From assembly GCA_963848295.1 (NCBI GenBank), contig CAWKDB010000010.1, forward strand, positions 4,352,001 to 4,416,000: a stretch of DNA of 64,000 bases, given 5' to 3'. Position 1 is the first letter of the stretch; each line of letters opens with the position of its first letter. Under the pieces are notes generated by a model. That model had not been told where the DNA came from, ran no database searches, and was given only the letters and a program-made list of their open reading frames with translations. The DNA is from an uncultured delta proteobacterium. Its GTDB lineage: Bacteria > Myxococcota_A > Polyangia > Haliangiales > Haliangiaceae. Shown here one piece after another: positions 27,121 through 39,487 of this stretch. The position numbers and the translations under genes were made by a program.

Positions 27121-27614
27121 GCGTCCGGAGCATCGCGATCACCGTCAACGGCGAGCGCCGCGAGGTCCAGGCCTCGCCGTGGAAGCGCTTGCTCGACGTG
27201 CTGCGCGAGGAGCTGCGGCTGACCGGCACGAAGGAGGGTTGCGGCGAAGGCGAGTGCGGCGCGTGCACGGTGCTGCTCGACGGCGAGCCGGTGAACTCGT
27301 GCCTCGTCGCGGTCGGCCAGTGCGCGGATCGCGCGGTGACCACGGTCGAAGGGCTCGCGACCGGCGAGGTGTTACACGCGGTGCAGCGCGCGCTCGTCGC
27401 GTGCGGCGGCGCGCAGTGCGGCATCTGCACGCCGGGCATCGCGGTGTGCGCCTCGCACGTCGTCGATCGCGGCCTCATCACCGGCGTGCCCGACGTCGAG
27501 GCGCGTGCCGTCGTCCGCGAGCTGCTCGCCGGCAACATCTGCCGCTGCACCGGCTATCAGCTGATCGTCGACGCCGTGATCGCTGCGGCGCGCGAGACGG
27601 AAGCCGCGCGGTGA
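27117..27614 (+). CDS. Xanthine dehydrogenase-family 2x[2Fe-2S] subunit
   Basis: GTKEGCGEGECGACTV...NSC; QCGICTPG; GNICRCTGY. Confidence 0.93.
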   Translation: MSVRSIAITVNGERREVQASPWKRLLDVLREELRLTGTKEGCGEGECGACTVLLDGEPVNSCLVAVGQCADRAVTTVEGLATGEVLHAVQRALVACGGAQCGICTPGIAVCASHVVDRGLITGVPDVEARAVVRELLAGNICRCTGYQLIVDAVIAAARETEAAR

Positions 27615-28462
27615 CCGAGTACGCCCGGCCGCGCGATCTCGACGAGGCGCTCGCGCTGCGCGCCCAGCACGCGGATTGGATGGTGCTCGCGGGCGCGACC
27701 GACTTGATGGTCAGCGCGAATCGCAAGGCGGTGCCGGTCGGCATCCTCGATCTGTGGCGGCTGCCCGGGCTCGGTGGCATTGCCGTCGAGCGTGGGGTCG
27801 CCTGCAGCGAGCTCGTGATCGGCGCGGGCGCGACGTGGCTCGAGGTAGAGCGCGCCGCGGTGATCCTCGAGTCGAGCTGGCGGCCGCTCGCGCTCGCCGC
27901 GCGCGAGATCGGGGCGCTCCAGATCCAGGCGCGCGCGACGCTCGGCGGCAACGTCGGCACGTCGTCGCCGGTCGGCGATAGCTTGCCGGTATTGCTCGCG
28001 CTCGACGCCGAGCTCGAGGTCGCGTCGGTGCGCGGTCGGCGTCGCGTGCCATATCGCGAGTGGTGCACCGGCTATCGCAAGACGCAGCTCGCGGCCGACG
28101 AGCTGATCATCGCGGCGCACTTTCCCGAGCTCGACAAAGCGACGCACACGACGTGGCGCAAGGTCGGCACGCGGCGCGCGCAATCGATCTCGAAGGTGAT
28201 GGGCGCGGCCGCGATCACGGTCGAAGGCGGCATCGTCACCGATGCGCGGATCGCGCTCGGCGCGGTCGCCGATCGGCCGATCCGGATCACCGCGGTCGAG
28301 TCGGCGGTGCGCGGCGTGCCGCTGTCGCTCGCGCCCGATGCCGCGCGCGCGGCGATGCGGACAGCGATCAAGCCGATCGACGATCTTCGCTCGACCGCGG
28401 TGTATCGACGAGAGGTCGCCGAGAACGTGGTGGCGCGGTTTCTCTCGGGCATACTCTCGTAA
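27611..28462 (+). CDS. Xanthine dehydrogenase-family FAD-binding subunit
   Basis: LAGATDL, IGALQIQARATLGGN..SPVGD, KVGTRRAQSIS, PIDDLRST. Confidence 0.9.
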   Translation: MTEYARPRDLDEALALRAQHADWMVLAGATDLMVSANRKAVPVGILDLWRLPGLGGIAVERGVACSELVIGAGATWLEVERAAVILESSWRPLALAAREIGALQIQARATLGGNVGTSSPVGDSLPVLLALDAELEVASVRGRRRVPYREWCTGYRKTQLAADELIIAAHFPELDKATHTTWRKVGTRRAQSISKVMGAAAITVEGGIVTDARIALGAVADRPIRITAVESAVRGVPLSLAPDAARAAMRTAIKPIDDLRSTAVYRREVAENVVARFLSGILS

Positions 28463-28464
28463 TC

Positions 28465-29763
28465 GTGCCGTCGGATTCCGATGACGAGGTAGACGACAAG
28501 GCCGCGGCTCCCGAGCCCGTCGCCAAGGACGACTCGGCACCGATCGCGAGCGGTGCGGTGAAAGTCGCGCGCGGGGCCGACGCGACTGGACCGACCGAGA
28601 TGCCGGGGTCGCGCAGCAAGCGGATCTCGACCGCGGTCCAGGACGTCGTGTCGGGCGGCGTCGAAGTCCTCGGCACCGGCATGAACAAGCTCGGCGAAGG
28701 CGTGACCCGGCTCGGCGACGTGCTGCCGATCGTCGGCGGCCCGGTCTCGAAGATCGGCGAGGGCCTGTCGAAGGCCGGCGAAGCGGTCAACGTGTTTCCG
28801 AAAGTCGCCCAGACCCGGCGCGGTCGCGTGCTCGTGCGCAGCGTCATCGTCGGGTTCGCGGTCGTAGCCGCGTGGATCGCGGCGATCGTCGGTTGGAACT
28901 ACAGCGAGAACGATCTTCCGGACTTCCGGCCGGCGGCCGAGCACATCCTCGGCGAGATCAGCAAGGGCTCCGACGCGATCGGCAACGTCTACGAGAAGGC
29001 ATCGCCGCGCTTCCAGGAGATGGTCCGCAAGGAGCGGTTCGTCGACGACTACACCGACATGAACGCGACGCTCGGCAAGTTCCGCGAGGTCACCGCGATC
29101 AACGGCACGCTCGTCACCACGGGCACGACCGGCCGCGTCGGTCGGGTGTCGCTGACCGCGTCGTACGACAAGGGGATCTGTCGCGGCTCGATCAGCTTTC
29201 ACTACGACCAGGGCGAATGGAAGTTGCTCGGGATCAGCGTCGAGGTGCCGCCCGAGCTCAAGATCACGCAGGCCCAGCGCGAGGATCGAGTCAAGGCGTG
29301 CGCCGATCCGATGGATCCGGTGAAGTGCGATGTTCACGTCGTCGCGAACACGATCCTCAAGCAGCTACGCGACGGCGAGGGCGGCGAGGTCTGGGACAAC
29401 GCGACCCCGGTGTTTCAACAGCAGGTCACGCGCACGAAGTTCATCGCGTTGCAAGACGAGCACAACGCCGCGCTCGGAAGTTATCGCCGGATCGTCTCGG
29501 TGACCGAGGCGAAGGTGATCGGCGGGACCTCGGCGACGTTCGACGTGCTCGCGGAGTTCGAGCGATCGAGCGCGGTGCGCGTCGTGTTCGCGTTCTACCG
29601 CGGCACGAAGACGTCGGAGTGGAAGCTGCGCAGCATGAAGATCGTGCTGCCGATGCCGCGCGCCGACGACGAGCTGCAGCAGCGCGTGACGCCTCCGGTG
29701 ACGCCACCCGCGCACGACGCGGCAGGTGACGCAGGTGTTACAGCGCCGGACGCGAAGCGCTGA
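28465..29763 (+). CDS. Membrane-anchored protein with two DUF4019/DUF3887-like domains
   Basis: One TM helix followed by two similar domains (VYEKASPRFQE / VWDNATPVFQQ ... WKL). Confidence 0.6.
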   Translation: MPSDSDDEVDDKAAAPEPVAKDDSAPIASGAVKVARGADATGPTEMPGSRSKRISTAVQDVVSGGVEVLGTGMNKLGEGVTRLGDVLPIVGGPVSKIGEGLSKAGEAVNVFPKVAQTRRGRVLVRSVIVGFAVVAAWIAAIVGWNYSENDLPDFRPAAEHILGEISKGSDAIGNVYEKASPRFQEMVRKERFVDDYTDMNATLGKFREVTAINGTLVTTGTTGRVGRVSLTASYDKGICRGSISFHYDQGEWKLLGISVEVPPELKITQAQREDRVKACADPMDPVKCDVHVVANTILKQLRDGEGGEVWDNATPVFQQQVTRTKFIALQDEHNAALGSYRRIVSVTEAKVIGGTSATFDVLAEFERSSAVRVVFAFYRGTKTSEWKLRSMKIVLPMPRADDELQQRVTPPVTPPAHDAAGDAGVTAPDAKR

Positions 29764-29891
29764 GCGTCCGACTACGACAGCCGTCTGACGGGGTGGTCGT
29801 TATCGCACGGGGACCGCGACAGACGAACGTGAGGTTTTCAGTGGTTCGACCAATCGGCGTGGCGGGCATGGAACGTGCTGAAGACGTCGCC

Positions 29892-30263
29892 ATGATTCGC
29901 TTAACCTTGCTGTTGTCTGTTTCGCTACTTGCCTGCAGCTCAGGAGCCGAGCTCGACGTGACCTCGCGATCAGGGGCGTCGTCGCTCCAGACCACGTCGA
30001 GCGAATGGTACTGGGTCGAGATTCAAGACTGCTACCCGCCCCCAGACGGTGGCTGTGACGAGAGTTACCCCGATACCTTCGGCGTGGCGTCCGAGGATCT
30101 GACGATCGCGAAGATCACCACGATCACGCAATCCGACGGTTCCTCGAGCGGCGAGTTCGAAGTGACGGGCGTCGCACCCGGCGATGCGACGATCGACGTC
30201 GTCGGCGAGTCGAACGATAATGAGTACACGACCTCGTTCGTCGTTCACGTCGTTGCGGAGTGA
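29892..30263 (+). CDS. Small Ig-like lipoprotein
   Basis: MIRLTLLLSVSLLAC; VTGVAPGDATIDV. Sigma54-like motif GGGCATGGAACGTGCT at 29864-29879. Confidence 0.6.
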   Translation: MIRLTLLLSVSLLACSSGAELDVTSRSGASSLQTTSSEWYWVEIQDCYPPPDGGCDESYPDTFGVASEDLTIAKITTITQSDGSSSGEFEVTGVAPGDATIDVVGESNDNEYTTSFVVHVVAE

Positions 30264-30267
30264 CGCG

Positions 30268-33200
30268 CTACGAAGCGACGACGCGTGCGCTCGGGGTCGA
30301 ATCGCGCCGACGCCGCGTGATCCACCACGCGGCGAGGCAGGTCGCCGGCCACATCAGCCAGGACGCGTTCGCCCACCACGGGCGTTCGAACCGCATCTCG
30401 ATCGTGTGCTCGCCGACCGGCGCATCGACCGCGAGAAAGTCTGGCGTGACGCGGCGAACGAAGGTCTCGTCGCCGTCGATGTACGCGTGCCATCGCGGAT
30501 GCCAGCTCTCGCGGATCACGAACGTGGTCGGCTTGTCGACGTGAACCTTCGCGACGATATCGGACTCGTCGCCGGGCGAGTCTTGCCGCCACCAACGCAG
30601 CACGCTACCCGCGGGGGCGTCGCCGGCTTGGCCATAACCATCGTAGGCCATCACTTCGTTCGCGGTCGGATGCTGGCTCCGCAACCAGTCGAGCGCGGCT
30701 TTGTGGCCGGGCTCGTTCTTGCGCGTACCGGCGGGCAAGACTGCGATCACCCGAACCGGCGCGACCAGGCCGTCGGCGGGGAATCGGCGGACCTGGTAGT
30801 GCGCGGTGGTCGCGATGACGTCGCCACCGCGGACCTTGTCGGCCTTGTCCTTCGAGTTGACGTAGTACGGCGCGTCGTAGATCCACGCGTTCTTCGCGGT
30901 GTCGCGACCGGTCCACAAGAAGTCGTAGTTCGGGCTCGCCTGCAGGCCGCCGCCGCCCATCTGCAACAGGCCGGGGATCCGGTCGAACACGTAGGGCAGC
31001 ATGTTCCACCAATGGTTCCCGGCGCCTTCACCGGCTTGCTTGCGGCCCGGCGGCAGCGCGTCGATCACAGCGTCGACTTGGGCCAGCTCGGCGCGATCGC
31101 CGAACGTACCGACGCGAGAGATCAGCGCGGCGAACCCCTGCGGAACGGAGACCGCGAGCATCGCCGCGGCAGCAGCGGCAACCACGGTGCGCACGACCGA
31201 TTGCTGATCGAGCCATCGCCAGCCGCGCAGCACGATCGCCGCGACCAGCGCGACGACGAGTACGGTCGCGACGACCCGTGCGACGACGAGGACATCGAAC
31301 CAGTTTGCCGGGAACCAGTTCGCCACATGGACGATCCACTCGATCGCGTCGATGATGTGACCGGGGAACGACAGCCACACCCACAGCAACACGATCAACG
31401 CGACCACCGCCGCGGTGAAGATCATCGCGAACCGCGCGAGCCACGAGCCGTCGGGCTCGTCCCACACGCGCTTGAACACGATCAGCGTACCCGCGCCGAC
31501 GGCCAGGGCGAGCGTGATCTGCATCGCGCCGAGGAACCGCACCATCGGGAACAAGTCGTCTTGGGTCTGACCGAGGTGCGGTCCGAGGCCGAGCAGCAGC
31601 GCGAACACCGCCGCCGGGGTCCACAGCCAGCGGAAGTACTTGCCGCGCGCGAAGATCGCGCAGAACGGGACGAGCCACGTGAACACTGGGGCGCGCCAGA
31701 TGTCGACGTTGCCCATGCGCCGGCCGTAATCGAGGATGCCGCCGGTGAAGTAGCCGACGAAGTTCGGGTTCGTGCGGCCGAACAACAGCCCCTTGAAGCC
31801 GGGTCCGATCTCGTCGTTGACGCGGTGAGGGAAGCCGCCGAACCCGGAGTAGTCGACGAGCAACGTGATCCAGCCCGGCACGGTCGCGATGATCAGCGCC
31901 GCGCCGAGGATGACGAGGCGATGAAACTGGAACACGCGCGCGCGCACCTCGGGGTCGCGCCATGGCACGTCGTACTCGCGCAGGAACACGATGAGCGCGA
32001 CGCCACCGAGGACGAGCCCGGCGCCAAAGATCAGCGTCGCCGTGGTGTGAAAGCCCAGCCCGGGCAACGCCGCGATCAGGCCGCGCGACATCACTACACC
32101 GAGGCCGAGGAGGCCGCCGCCGGCGTAGATCAGGAATGTACCGTTGACGACCGGCGAGACGTGGTCCTTGATCCAACGGCCCAACGTCACGTCGGTCTTG
32201 CCGAACACGCGACAGATCGCCCATGGAATGACCGCGAGCGGAGCCGGCAGGTACAGCTGTCGCGCCTGGCCCATCACGAACCCGGCGAACCAACCGGAGG
32301 CGAGCGCGAGCCCGACCGCGATGCCGGCGAACGGATGACACAGACCGACGAACGCACCCCACGCGAGCGCCGGTGCGAGCTGCTTGGCGTCGTCGAGCCA
32401 GCGCACGCCATAGCCGAGGGCGAGCGGGAACGCGGCGAGCGCCCACGTCTGGGTATAGAGCCCGACCCTGAACGTGCCGGCGTTGCCGGTGCCCCAGCGC
32501 GACTCGCCGTTGATGAACGCCACGACGAACGCGGCGATCACCGCCTGCCACGGTGTGGCGCCGATCAAGCGCATGCCCTTGTACGCGGCGAGCGGCGCGA
32601 GCACGAGCGGCACGAAGACGCTGAGCTGAAACCAGAACAGCAGGTGGCCGAAGATCGCAGCAGGCACCGCCGACACCAGCTGCGGGATGACCTGGTAGTA
32701 GTACGCCGACGCGTAGCCGGCGTTCGCGCTCGGATTCCAGAAGTCGAAGTCTCCGACGCGCAGGCAGTCGGCGATGCGTCGGCTCTCCGCCATGTGGAAC
32801 GTCAAGTCGTCGCCGATCGGCGGGCCGTTGAAGACCGGGCCGTGAATGATCGCGACGACGATCGTGACGTGCGCGAGCACGATCAGGGCGCCGTGCTCGG
32901 ACAGCCAGTCTGCCGCGACCGCCCACGAGTCGCGCGGTTCGCGGCGCCACACCCGCAGTTCGTGTGCCGCGAGCATGCCGAGGATGCTCAGGTCGAACGC
33001 CATCGTGACGCCGCCGATCATCGTGCTCACCGGGGCGGGGCCGAGCTGACCGGGGTCGAGGGCGGCGATCAGCGCGAACACCGCGATGCCGCCGAGCCCG
33101 ACGCTCCACACCCGGCGCGTAGGCGTTCGCCACATCACCGCGAAGCCGCCGAGCAGGACAGCGACAGAAGCGACCGGAACCTGAACCGCCGGCTGCCACA

Positions 33201-33333
33201 CGTCGAGCCAGTGCGACAGCACCCACAGCGCGCCGTCGCCGACCGCGACGACAATACCGATGACCGCGAAGCTGATTGCGGTCCACGACGCGAGCTCGCG
33301 GATGCGAGCCAGCCGCGACGCCGTGGCGGTCAC
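30268..33333 (-). CDS. Polytopic membrane protein, GT-C glycosyltransferase-like (YfhO/PTPS-related)
   Basis: GDDLTFH..WNPSANAGYASAYYYQ, many TM helices, C-terminal VIRESWHPRWHAYIDG. Confidence 0.75.
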   Translation of the reverse strand: MTATASRLARIRELASWTAISFAVIGIVVAVGDGALWVLSHWLDVWQPAVQVPVASVAVLLGGFAVMWRTPTRRVWSVGLGGIAVFALIAALDPGQLGPAPVSTMIGGVTMAFDLSILGMLAAHELRVWRREPRDSWAVAADWLSEHGALIVLAHVTIVVAIIHGPVFNGPPIGDDLTFHMAESRRIADCLRVGDFDFWNPSANAGYASAYYYQVIPQLVSAVPAAIFGHLLFWFQLSVFVPLVLAPLAAYKGMRLIGATPWQAVIAAFVVAFINGESRWGTGNAGTFRVGLYTQTWALAAFPLALGYGVRWLDDAKQLAPALAWGAFVGLCHPFAGIAVGLALASGWFAGFVMGQARQLYLPAPLAVIPWAICRVFGKTDVTLGRWIKDHVSPVVNGTFLIYAGGGLLGLGVVMSRGLIAALPGLGFHTTATLIFGAGLVLGGVALIVFLREYDVPWRDPEVRARVFQFHRLVILGAALIIATVPGWITLLVDYSGFGGFPHRVNDEIGPGFKGLLFGRTNPNFVGYFTGGILDYGRRMGNVDIWRAPVFTWLVPFCAIFARGKYFRWLWTPAAVFALLLGLGPHLGQTQDDLFPMVRFLGAMQITLALAVGAGTLIVFKRVWDEPDGSWLARFAMIFTAAVVALIVLLWVWLSFPGHIIDAIEWIVHVANWFPANWFDVLVVARVVATVLVVALVAAIVLRGWRWLDQQSVVRTVVAAAAAAMLAVSVPQGFAALISRVGTFGDRAELAQVDAVIDALPPGRKQAGEGAGNHWWNMLPYVFDRIPGLLQMGGGGLQASPNYDFLWTGRDTAKNAWIYDAPYYVNSKDKADKVRGGDVIATTAHYQVRRFPADGLVAPVRVIAVLPAGTRKNEPGHKAALDWLRSQHPTANEVMAYDGYGQAGDAPAGSVLRWWRQDSPGDESDIVAKVHVDKPTTFVIRESWHPRWHAYIDGDETFVRRVTPDFLAVDAPVGEHTIEMRFERPWWANASWLMWPATCLAAWWITRRRRDSTPSARVVAS

Positions 33334-34235
33334 GCCGCCGCCTCGCCGAGTAGGCCGGCGACGAGCTCGTCCGAGAACACCGGCGTCGCCCCGCGGACGC
33401 TAGCGACCTCGGCCGCCCATCGACTCGCGACGCGCGCACTCGCCTCGAGATCCCAGCCGAGCGTCATCCCGTGGACCAGTAGCGCGAGGTAAGCGTCGCC
33501 GCAACCGACGTTGTCGCCGCCGGCCCGCGCGCGGATGGCCGGCACGTGCAGCTCGCGCTCGCCGTATAGCGTCGAGCCTGCGGCACCATGGGTCACCGCG
33601 ACGACGCGAGCGCGAGCGCGCAGCCGCGGTAGGGCCGGGTGGCCGTACCAAGTCGTCAGCACGTCGAGCTCGCGGTCGTTGACCTTGATGACGTCGGCGG
33701 CATCGAGCGCCTCGCGCACCGCGGCGCGTTCGCCCGGATCGCCGCTCGCGACGCCGTCGGTCGTCCTTAGATTCACGTCGCACACCTTGAGGCAGCCGCG
33801 GCCCGCCGCCGCGATCGCTTCGCGCCAGCCGGCGAGCCCTTCGGCGGTGCGTTGGGCGAGCGAGCCGAACACGAGCACACCGGCCTCGCCGATCGCGCGC
33901 CGCGCCTCGGGCGTGCACTCGATGCGCTGCCACGCGCGGTCCGGGACGAGCGTGTAGCGCGGCTCGCCGGCTTCGATCACGACCTTGACCTCACCGGTCG
34001 CGCGCTCGCGATCGACCTGGATGAGGGACGTGTCGCAGACTTGTGCGATCCGCTCGATCGCGCGCTGACCGTCGGCATCGTCGCCAACGCGAGTGACGAG
34101 CTGGGCCCAGCCGCCGGCCAACCCGAGGTGCCACGCGACGTTCGCTGGCGCGCCGCCGAGCTGGTCGCCATCGGGGAACTTGTCCCAGAGCAGCTCGCCC
34201 CAGATCACCACGGCTTGGTCGGAGGAGCTTGACAT
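33330..34235 (-). CDS. PfkB-family carbohydrate kinase (fructokinase-like)
   Basis: [35 protein letters not shown]. Confidence 0.9.
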   Translation of the reverse strand: MSSSSDQAVVIWGELLWDKFPDGDQLGGAPANVAWHLGLAGGWAQLVTRVGDDADGQRAIERIAQVCDTSLIQVDRERATGEVKVVIEAGEPRYTLVPDRAWQRIECTPEARRAIGEAGVLVFGSLAQRTAEGLAGWREAIAAAGRGCLKVCDVNLRTTDGVASGDPGERAAVREALDAADVIKVNDRELDVLTTWYGHPALPRLRARARVVAVTHGAAGSTLYGERELHVPAIRARAGGDNVGCGDAYLALLVHGMTLGWDLEASARVASRWAAEVASVRGATPVFSDELVAGLLGEAAA

Positions 34236-34243
34236 CGGCGCAG

Positions 34244-34264
34244 TTAGTGTAAACTATACACTCA
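34244..34264. promoter_or_regulatory. Putative NrtR operator
   Basis: TTAGTGTAAACTATACACTCA: palindrome AGTGTA/TACACT with a GT-N7-AC core, immediately before pncB. Confidence 0.75.
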
Positions 34265-34266
34265 GA

Positions 34267-35735
34267 ATGACGGACAGCCTCGACGACCTCTACGGTGGCT
34301 CGCTCGCGCTGCTGACCGACTTGTATCAGCTGACGATGGCCTGCGGCTACTGGAAGGAAGGCGCCGCGGAGCGCGAGGCGGTGTTTCATCTCACGTTTCG
34401 CAAGCCGCCGTTTGCCGGTGGCTATGCGATCGCCGCTGGCATAGCGCCTGCGGTGGCGTTGCTGCGCCGGTTGCGGTTCACCGACGACGACGTGCGCTAC
34501 CTCGCGACCTTGCGCGATGCCGCCGGCGGGGCGCTGTTCCCCAGCGGCTTTCTCGACTACCTGCAAGCGCTGCGGTTCACGTGTACCGTCGACGCCGTGC
34601 CCGAGGGCGCGGCGGTGTTCGCGCACGAACCGCTGATTCGCGTGCGCGGGCCGATCTTGCAAGCGCAGCTGGTCGAGACGCCGTTGCTCGCGATCATCAA
34701 CTTTCAGACCCTGATCGCGACGAAGGCCGCGCGGGTCTGCCAGTCGGCGCGAGGCCAGAGCGTGCTCGAGTTCGGGCTGCGCCGCGCCCAGGGCATCGAC
34801 GGTGGAGTCTCGGCCTCGCGCGCGGCGTACATCGGCGGCTGTCATGGCACGTCGAACGTGCTCGCCGGTAAGCTGTTCGGCATTCCCGTCGGCGGCACCC
34901 ACGCGCATAGTTGGGTGATGTTCCACGACGACGAGCTCGCCGCGTTCCGCGCGTACGCCGACGCGCAGCCCGGCAACTGTACGTTCCTCGTCGACACCTA
35001 CGACACGATCGCCGGGGTGCGCCACGCGATCGCGATCGGCCACGAGCTGCGCGCGGCCGGTCACGCGCTCGTCGCGATCCGGCTCGACTCCGGCGATCTC
35101 GCGCACCTGTCGATCGAAGCGCGCGCGCTGCTCGACGCGGCGGGCTTTGCCGAGACGAAGATCGTCGCCTCGAACGATCTCGACGAGGACCTGATCGCGA
35201 GCTTGCGCGAGCAGGGCGCGCGGATCGACGTGTGGGGCGTCGGCACGCGGCTCGTCACGGGTCACGGTGCGGGCGCGCTCGGCGGCGTGTACAAGCTGGG
35301 AGCCGCGCGCGATCGCGCCGGCGTGTGGCGCGACCGGATCAAGCTGTCGGAGCAGCCGACGAAGATCTCGAACCCCGGCGTGCTGCAGGTCCGTCGGCTG
35401 TGGCACGGCGCCGAGCTCGCAGGCGACATCATCTACGACAGCGAGCACGGGCTCGCCAGTCCCGCGAGCTATGACCTCGAGGACCTGTCGCGGCCGCCGG
35501 TGATCGTCGCGCACGACCGCAGCGAGGACTTGCTGACCTGCGTGCTCGATCGCGGGGAGCCGTGCGCGACGTTCGAGCTAGACGGCGCGCGCGCCCGGGC
35601 GGCCGCTGACCTCGCGGCGCTGTCCCCGCGCACGAAGCGCTTCTTGAATCCGCAGCCGTACTCGGTCGGCCTCGACGCGCACGTCCACGACCGCAAGCGC
35701 GCGCTGATCGCGAAGGCGCGCGAGGGAGCACGCTG

Positions 35736-35736
<1 letters not shown>
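34267..35736 (+). CDS. pncB: Nicotinate phosphoribosyltransferase
   Basis: [43 protein letters not shown]. Confidence 0.95.
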
Positions 35737-36655
<919 letters not shown>

Positions 36656-36659
36656 CACC

Positions 36660-38683
36660 ATGAGACTCATCAAGGTCGCTGTCGCTTGCGTCAACCAGAC
36701 GCCGTTCGCGTGGGACGACAACTTCGCGCATCTCCGCATGGCGATCGAGCACGCGCGCGCCGAGGGCGCGACCGTGCTGTGCCTGCCCGAGCTCGCGGTC
36801 ACCGGATACGGCTGCGAAGACGCGTTCTTCATCGACGGCTTGCAAGACACCGCGTTCGCTCAGCTCGAGCAGCTCGCGACCCACACGCGCGGCATGATCG
36901 TCGCGGTCGGTCTGCCGCTCTATCACGAGAAGGCGCTGTACAACGGCGCCGCGCTGCTCGCCGACGGGGCGATCATCGGGTTCGTCGCGAAGCAATTTCT
37001 CGCCGGCGACGGCATTCACTACGAGCCGCGCTGGTTCAAGCCGTGGCCGAAGGGCGAGGTCGACGAGCTCGAGCGCGTCGCCGAGGACGGCACCGTCAGG
37101 CGCTATCCGATCGGCGATCTCGTGTTCGAGCTCGGCGATGTTCGGATCGGCTTCGAGATCTGCGAGGACGCGTGGGTCGCGGATCGTCCCGGCGTCGATC
37201 TCGCGCTGCGCGGCGTCGACATCCTGTGCAATCCCTCGGCGAGCCACTTCGCGTTCGGCAAGTTCGCGGTGCGCCAGCGGTTCGTGATCGAAGGATCGCG
37301 AGCGTTCGGCGTCGGCTATCTCTACGCGAATCTGCTCGGCAACGAGGCCGGGCGCATCATCTACGATGGCGGTGGCTTGATCGCGTCGGGCGGCGAGCTG
37401 CTCGCGCGCGGCCGGCGGTTCTCGTTCCGCGACGTCGAGCTCGCCACCGCGATGATCGACATCGACGGCAATCGTCGAGATCAGGCGCGCCGCGGCAGCC
37501 ATCGCCCGCGGCACGATGCGGAAGAGCAGGTCGTCGCGCGTGCGTTTGCATGGCCGGTGCGGTCGCCGGAGAGGCCGGTGCAGCTCGAGCGCAGCTGGGA
37601 GGACCGGGCGAGCGTGCGCGAAGAGGAATTCACGCGCTGCGTCGCGCTCGGCTTGTGGGATTACCTGCGGAAGAGTCGGGCACAGGGATTCGTGATCTCG
37701 CTGTCCGGCGGAGCGGATTCGGCGGCGTGCGCGGTGTTGGTCGCATCCGCGGTCCGCCTCGCATTCAGCGAGCTCGGCGCGGGCGGCGTGCGCAAGCAGT
37801 TGCCCTCGTGCACGCGCGTCCACGATGTGATCGACAAAGGCCCGCGTGCCGCGATCGGCGCGCTGCTCGACGTGCGCCTATCAACCGACCGAACACTCGA
37901 GCTCGCTCACGCGCGCGGCCGCCGAAGCGCTCGCCCGCGCACTCGGTGCGGAGTTTCACATCATCGATATCGATGCAGAGGTCAAGGCGTACATCGTCAG
38001 CCTCGAGCGCGCGGTCGGCCGGGCACTGACGTGGGATCGCGACGATGTCGCGCTGCAGAACATCCAGGCGCGCGTGCGCGCGCCGTCGATCTGGATGCTC
38101 GCGAATCTCCGCAACGCGGTGTTGTTGACGACGTCGAACCGCTCGGAAGCCGCGGTCGGCTACGCGACGATGGACGGGGACACCGCGGGCGGGCTCGCGC
38201 CGCTCGGCGGGATCGACAAGACCTACCTGCGCTATGGCTATCGTGGATGGAGACCAAGGGCCCGGTCGGGCTCGAGCCCGTGCCCGAGTTGCGATTCATC
38301 AACACGCAAGCGCCGACCGCCGAGCTCCGCCCGGCCGCGGCATGCGCAGACGGATGAGGCCGACCTCATGCCGTACGACGTGCTGGAGGCGATCGAAGAC
38401 TCCTCGATCCGCGACAAGCACACGCCGATCGAAGTACTCCAGCAACTGTTGCCGCGCTATCCCGACGTGCAGGCTGCCCAGCTCGCCGCGGTGGATCGAG
38501 CGATTCTTCCGGCTGTGGTGTCGCAATCAATGGAAGCGCGAACGGATCGCGCCGAGCTTTCACCTCGACGATCGCAACGTCGATCCACGCTCGTGGTGCC
38601 GCTTCCCGATCTTGTCCGGCGGCTTCGAGCGCGAGCTCGCCGAGCTGCGGGCGTACGTCGCGACGGGCAAAGCGGGGCGCTAG
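36660..38683 (+). CDS. nadE: Glutamine-dependent NAD+ synthetase (apparent frameshifts near 37869, 38233, 38340, 38491)
   Basis: Nitrilase domain [56 protein letters not shown]. Confidence 0.9.
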
Positions 38684-39376
38684 TGGCGCACACGTATGAC
38701 TATCCTCGCGCCGCGCTGGCGGTCGACTGCGTCGTGTTCGGGCTCGATGTCTCCGATCTCAAGGTGCTCCTGATCCAGCGCAAGCTCGCGCCGTTCCAAC
38801 ACGCGTGGGCCTTGCCTGGCGGCTTCGTCCACCTCGACGAGACCCTCGACGAGGCGGCGGCGCGCGAGCTGCGCGAAGAAGCGGGCGTCACCGAGGTCTA
38901 TCTCGAGCAGCTCTACACGTTCGGGACGATCGATCGAGATCCGCGCGAGCGCGTCGTCACGATCGCGTACTACGCGCTCGCGAAGCTCGGCGATCATCGG
39001 ATTCGCGCCGCCACGGACGCCGATGGGCGTCGGCTGGTTCGCGCTCGACGATCTGCCGAAGCTGGCGTTCGACCACGCGATGATCGTCGCTCGCGCGCAC
39101 GAGCGGCTGCGCGGCAAGGTGCGCTACGCGCCCGTCGGGTTCGAGCTGCTCCCGCCGCGGTTCTCGCTCACCCAGCTCCAGCGCCTGTACGAGATCATCC
39201 TCGGCGCCGACCTCGACAAGCGCAACTTCCGCAAGAAGCTGCTCGCGATGGATCTGTTGGTCGAGACCGACGAGCTCGAGCAAGGCGTGCGCCATCGCGC
39301 CGCGCGGCTCTATCGCTTCGATCGCAGGAAGTACGACCGGCTGACCAAGCAAGGCTTCGAGTTCTCGCTCGCGTGA
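38683..39376 (+). CDS. nrtR: NrtR Nudix-wHTH transcriptional regulator (apparent frameshift near 39022)
   Basis: WALPGGF...[43 protein letters not shown]. Confidence 0.9.
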
Positions 39377-39487
39377 CCGGACAAGACCGGACGGATCCGG
39401 CCATCCGGACGCCACGAGCGTGAGGGATCGCGACCTTGCGCGTGGCCTCGTTCGTGCTGTTGCTCCCGGTCGACAGGAGATACGGTG

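Noticed and set aside
30184..33492. 1102-aa plus-strand ORF and similar long Arg/Ala-rich ORFs (e.g. 44678-47839, 1072-3138)
   Set aside because: Shadow frames of real genes, typical of high-GC DNA; no motifs.
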